This document shows positions 59,357-64,000 of a stretch of 64,000 bases of DNA, piece by piece. The position numbers and the translations under genes are program-made. The stretch comes from Anolis carolinensis (taxonomy: Eukaryota), in assembly GCF_035594765.1 (NCBI RefSeq), contig NC_085846.1, positions 119,027,190 through 119,091,189 of the forward strand, written 5' to 3'. The number at the start of each line of letters is the position of its first letter. The first letter of the stretch is position 1. The notes under the pieces were generated by a model. It ran no database searches and was not told where the DNA came from. It saw nothing but the letters and a program-made list of their open reading frames with translations.

Positions 59357-59754
59357 CTTCTCTGTCCTGCTGCTGCTGGTGCTGCTCCTTCTTGCTCCGG
59401 CTTTTGTTCTCACAGGTTTCGTTCCCACCTCCGGTCTGGAGTCCTGCTGCAAAGGAGGAAAGAGAGCCGAGGGAGGGAGGGCGGAGGGCCACTTCGGATG
59501 GATCCTCCCTCCCTCCTCATTCCTGAAATGACCTGGCAAGCTGTCAGGGACCCTCCAAAGAAGGGTTGGTCCTCAGCCAGGCTCCGGCATTTCCAATGGC
59601 TAAAAAGGAGGTGCCAAGTCAAAACGAAACTCTTCTGAAAGTCTCATGCCTTAGGTCTTGCCGGATGACTGTAGCCAGAGAAGCCTTCAGCTGCAGACAA
59701 GGGTGGCCTGGGCACAGAGAGGCAGAAGGAGCTCCTGGCAGCACAAGACCTCAG
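59357..59754. promoter_or_regulatory. Putative bidirectional promoter between gene C2 (- exon 1 donor aag|GTAGGT at 59356) and gene B (+ exon 1 donor cag|GTGAGT at 59755)
   Basis: IRF-type motifs AAAACGAAACT (59621-59631, +) and GGGAACGAAACC (59415-59426, -); CCAAT at 59593. Shares ggcagaaggagctcctggcagca with exon 1 of gene A. Confidence 0.62.
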
Positions 59755-60288
59755 GTGAGTCTCTGTCTGTCTGCCCATCTGTCTGTTTGGGATGCCTTCC
59801 TTGGAGCAATGCCATCATGCATGCTTTCCTGTTTTAATGGCTGGGGCTTAGCATGTGTGTGCCCAGCCTCTGATTGTCTGAAGTCCACAGCATCTCATAT
59901 TCGATCCTCCCAACTGCTGGCAAAGAAGTAGGGAGCGGTTCCTAAAAATCATGCAGGTTGCAAACTTAAAATTCATCTGGCCCAGGCTGAAGTATGACCT
60001 GCATTGCATTGAAATCTCGGAAACCAGTTTCCTGAAGCATCCTGCAGTCTTAGCATCTAAGCATGCATTCAAAGAGTGGACAGAAAGGAGAATAACATTG
60101 TCTTTCCACATTGTAAAGACTAGCCAACATATTTCAGAATAACCATCCTAGCCATGAAATCATGGGATTTGTAGTTTGCTGAGGCACCAACACTCTTTGG
60201 CAATGAAAGCTAAAGAACTTCTGGTGTCTAACTAAATTAACTCTATATTGTAGATGCAGCTGTAGTTTCAAAGGTGCTACAAGGTCCC

Positions 60289-60345
<57 letters not shown>

Positions 60346-62029
60346 TTTATTTTTATACCCCGCCTCTATCTCCCCGGAGGGGACTCAGGGCGGCTTACAT
60401 GGGGCCAAGCCCGAATAAAAACAGTAGCAGTATAAAACACAGCAATAGACAACAACTTGCACAAAAAAAAAATAATTAAACATTAGCCAATAAAAAACAA
60501 GAACTAATAAAAACATGGATTAAAACTGAGAGATTGTAAAAGTAGACTGGGTAAGGTGCACCATATAAATATTGTAAACACAAGGTGACTGATAAAGTGC
60601 TGCAAATTCTGGAAGTGCAAATTGGGATGGGAATAGACCCTGTGTCAATATCGAGTTGACAAAGGTAAAAGGTGCAAACCGGTACAAGAATGGTCACAGA
60701 TACAGATTGCTTCTGGATGAGCAATCTTTATCTAAAGGCTTGAGTAAAGAGCCAGGTTTTCAAGCTCTTTCTCTTTGCTTCGTAAGGACCATGTGCTTTT
60801 TGCTCCTATCATGGTGAGACCTATCAGAGTGACTCTTAGCACAGTAGACGTTGACATTGATCTATGAAGAGCTTGAACATGGCCGCTGAATTAAGAAGTC
60901 ATGGGGTTTCTGGGGTTGCATCGCATCTAGTTTGGGCTACTGAGGTTTGGGATGTGAACTTCCACAGCAATTGATCTTGGTCTGTAATGAAGGAAGGCAG
61001 AGTTTTCAAAAAGTTTTGGTTAGACAGGAGGGAAACACGACTGATCTGTGTGGACATTACTATGGATCCAGAGCAAAGCACGCTTGGACACACTTAAGAG
61101 TAATTTCTAGTTTGAAGATAGGTGGGAGTAGTGGAAATTGGGTAGAGAGATGGAGCTACAATTGAGTTCCTTGCAGCTCAAACCACAAAAACGGGAAACA
61201 GGACACTTTAAGGGTCTCTTGGGGAAGTTGCCTGGAAGGTGCAACAAAAGAGTCTCAGATCTATAAAAACAGAACCTGGCCCTTGATTGGCAGTCTCATT
61301 AAAAGCAAGCGGTGTGGAGATTCACCTTCTTCCCACTAAAAGCGTTCTTTTCTCTTCTCACGTGCCCATGCATTTCAGCCAACTTGGTCTTCTGGGGACC
61401 CTAGAAAGGAGAGACCTCCAAGTCACCCACCTTGAGAAGCCAGTGTTCTCTGCCTTAGAAAGGAACCGGTAGCTTTGCACAGGACAGGGGTGATCTGGGC
61501 CTCAAGGGAAGTTACTTTTCTGTTGTGGCCAATGGAAGCGAGATCTTCTGATCTGTCTTTGGTTGCCTCCAGAGAAACTGAACTATGGCAGAATGAACAC
61601 CTGCTACAAAATGATTCCACCCTCTGGCTCGATTTCACTAATATTGAGCACAGCTGTTCTCAAAGAGAAATTCTGCACCTGGAACATACTGGAAGGAGTT
61701 CTTCCTCTGCAGGCTCGAAGTGTGAGCACCCCGAACATGTCATGCCCTTCCTTTGGATCCTCTCAAAGCCTGAGGCTAAGTGACTTCTAGAAGTGCATGC
61801 GATTTTTTTTTCTAGATGGGGCTTGTAGCTGAACGTGAAGCCAAGCTGCTTCAGCTCTCTCCCATCCCTAGTGTATATAAAATAATCCTGTTTAGCAACA
61901 TTTCCTGATCCACATTTCTCCAGTTATTAGGGCATTCCTTGCTTTAGCTGAGTTCTTGTTTTCTTTCTTTTTGTTTCAGATCTAGAAATCCTGAGCGTTG
62001 GTATTGCTCTTTCTTTAGCTTTTAAGAAT

Positions 62030-63840
62030 ATGGCCGCATTCAGTACAGGTAAGAGTTTAATGAGCTGATTAAATTATACCAAATCAAGCCCATCTTATTG
62101 TTCTAGCAAAAATAATACTGCATATTGCAGAGGATTGCTTTCAGCTGGCACCAAAATTATGGAGGAATTGAACTGTGTTAGACAGATTGCCAACCACTAA
62201 CACCAATATATGGAGGATTCAAACTCGTTACCACTACTAACACTGCCACCAATGTTATAGTCAGGAGCCTCCTCTGTGTTAGGATATTTAGAGAGTCACA
62301 GGAGATACTTTATGTGAGGAAAAAACAAGAAGTCGTGTATTTGTTCTTAAACAGTAAAGATGTGTTGCAGTTTCAATAACAGGTTAGGCTTTTCTCTTAC
62401 AAAGGATGGTTTTATAACTTGAATTCTGTGGAAATATGTTCCTTCACACAGGGAATACAAACAGGATAATTTAAACCTTTAAATCCACTTCTCCTGGGAT
62501 TTAACACCAGCACTCTAAACTATAGAGTCTCAATATAGTTCTCAGCCTTTCTTCCCTGAAGGCTTTTAACTATATTCCTCAAAGAAGTATCTCTCTAATA
62601 ACACAGTTCCCAAAAGTATCTCTATCTTCACACTTCAAACACCAACCATCCAACTTCCGAACTGACTGAATAATTCTTCTGGCTGCATAGCTCCAACTGT
62701 CACTTTGGCTCCGCCCATCTCCAGTTGCTAAGCATCTCTCCCCATTTACATCAGCCAATCAGACTGCACTTTCAGTAATGACTGCCTAATTGCTCCTCCC
62801 CCTTGCTCTGCTTAGCTTTTGCAAGCAAGGCCTGAAGCTACCTGTACACCAACCTTGTAAGGTAGGCTTATCTCTTACACATATCTATTATGTCCTAGGT
62901 ACATTTTAGCTAATTACCGCTCCCTCCCAAGTTTGCCATTCTGGGGCTATTGCACTATTGGTTGGGGAATCTGGAGCATGGCTGGTGGTTCACGGGTGGG
63001 GTTGAAGGGGTGGTGGGAAATGACACTTCTATTGTGATGGTTGAATTTTGTAGATCGTATGCTTTTTTCACATAACATAATAAACATTTAATTACAAAAA
63101 AAAATGAAAACAGCAAAGTTCCCCTTGTATAACAGTTTCTTCTATTGTTGTTCCATTTCCTTGTTTTAGCCCCTGAATTGAGGATCGTCCTCGTGGGAAA
63201 AACTGGAGTTGGGAAAAGTGCCACAGGAAACACCATCCTGGGACAGAAGCTCTTTAAATCTATTGCATCGCCCAGCTCAGTGACAAGTACATGCGGAAGG
63301 GAGGAAACTGTCATCGATGGTAGAAAAATTGTGGTTGTTGATACTCCTGGGTTTTTCGACACCAATTCAACAACCAAAGAAACTATCAAAGAAGTGAAAA
63401 AGTGTGCAAGCCTTTGCAGTCCAGGTCCACATGTGATTATACATGTCATGCAATTGGCTCCTTTCACGAAGGAGGAAAAAGAAGTAGCTAAATTAATCCA
63501 AGATGTTTTTAGCCTTAAAGCAAAGGCTTATGGAATCGTTCTGTTCACCCGTAAAGAGGGTTTGGGAGGAAGGTCTTTGAAAGAGTTCTTAGAGGACGGA
63601 GATGAATCTCTTCGGGAGCATGTGGCCAAATGTGCGGGTGGGTGCCTGGCCTTCAACAACACGGCTGAAGGTCGGGAGAGGGAAGAGCAGGTCAATGAGC
63701 TGCTTGGCATGATAGATGCCTTGGTGAAGAAGAACGACAAGGCCCCTTGCTACACTGAGGACATGCTAGCCAGGGACCAAATCACCATGAGTAAGATCCA
63801 AAATATTTTAAGACGGAACGATTGTTGCAACATACTCTAA
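62030..63840 (+). CDS. GIMAP family GTPase (gene B); CDS join(62030..62048,63170..63840), 229 aa, ends CCNIL
   Basis: G1 [21 protein letters not shown]. Exon 61980-62048 (tttcag| ... ATG GCC GCA TTC AGT ACA G|gtaag) joins ttttag|CC at 63170 in phase 1. Clearly paralogous to gene A in exons and 3' flank. Confidence 0.92.
62277..62878. mobile_element. Probable solo LTR in intron 2 of gene B
   Basis: TGTTAGGATA...TATCTCTTACA inverted termini; no clear TSD found. Confidence 0.4.
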
Positions 63841-64000
63841 GAGGTGCGGCTGTGCCGCCCTTTAAATCAAATCCAAAACACACCTTGGTGATACTTTTAT
63901 TAGGCACAACCCCTCAAAAAACCAAGACCTGGTAGTATTAACAAATTTTATATCCACGTGCGGCTGGATCTACACTGGCACATAATCCAGTTTATGTATC

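Overview
Vertebrate (squamate) genomic DNA. The repeat content (Sauria SINE, Penelope, CR1/L2, hAT and Tc1/pogo MITEs, Helitrons) suggests Anolis-like lizard DNA; the species is an inference. The window is part of a GIMAP (AIG1-type GTPase) cluster. It holds two intact + strand GIMAPs ending in a CaaX box (CNIL), one intact - strand GIMAP with a C-terminal transmembrane anchor, and a frameshifted, promoter-less duplicate of the latter on a ~10-kb segmental duplication (21054-31046 vs 48440-58984; copy 2 abuts an N-gap). Transmembrane-type and CaaX-type genes appear to sit head-to-head on short shared promoters carrying ISRE/IRF motifs. Two apparently intact autonomous transposons are present. 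One is a 5.3-kb Ty3/Gypsy element with identical LTRs, a Tf1-type self-priming PBS and splice sites that would excise pol to give a Gag-only mRNA. The other is a 9.0-kb hAT element with an 824-aa BED-finger transposase and three internal tandem arrays. Also present: a solo LTR with stacked tRNA-Leu PBS-like motifs, Penelope hammerhead motifs, a 28x50-bp minisatellite and an unclassified multi-copy block. Exon structures come from splice signals and paralog comparison, not transcript data.
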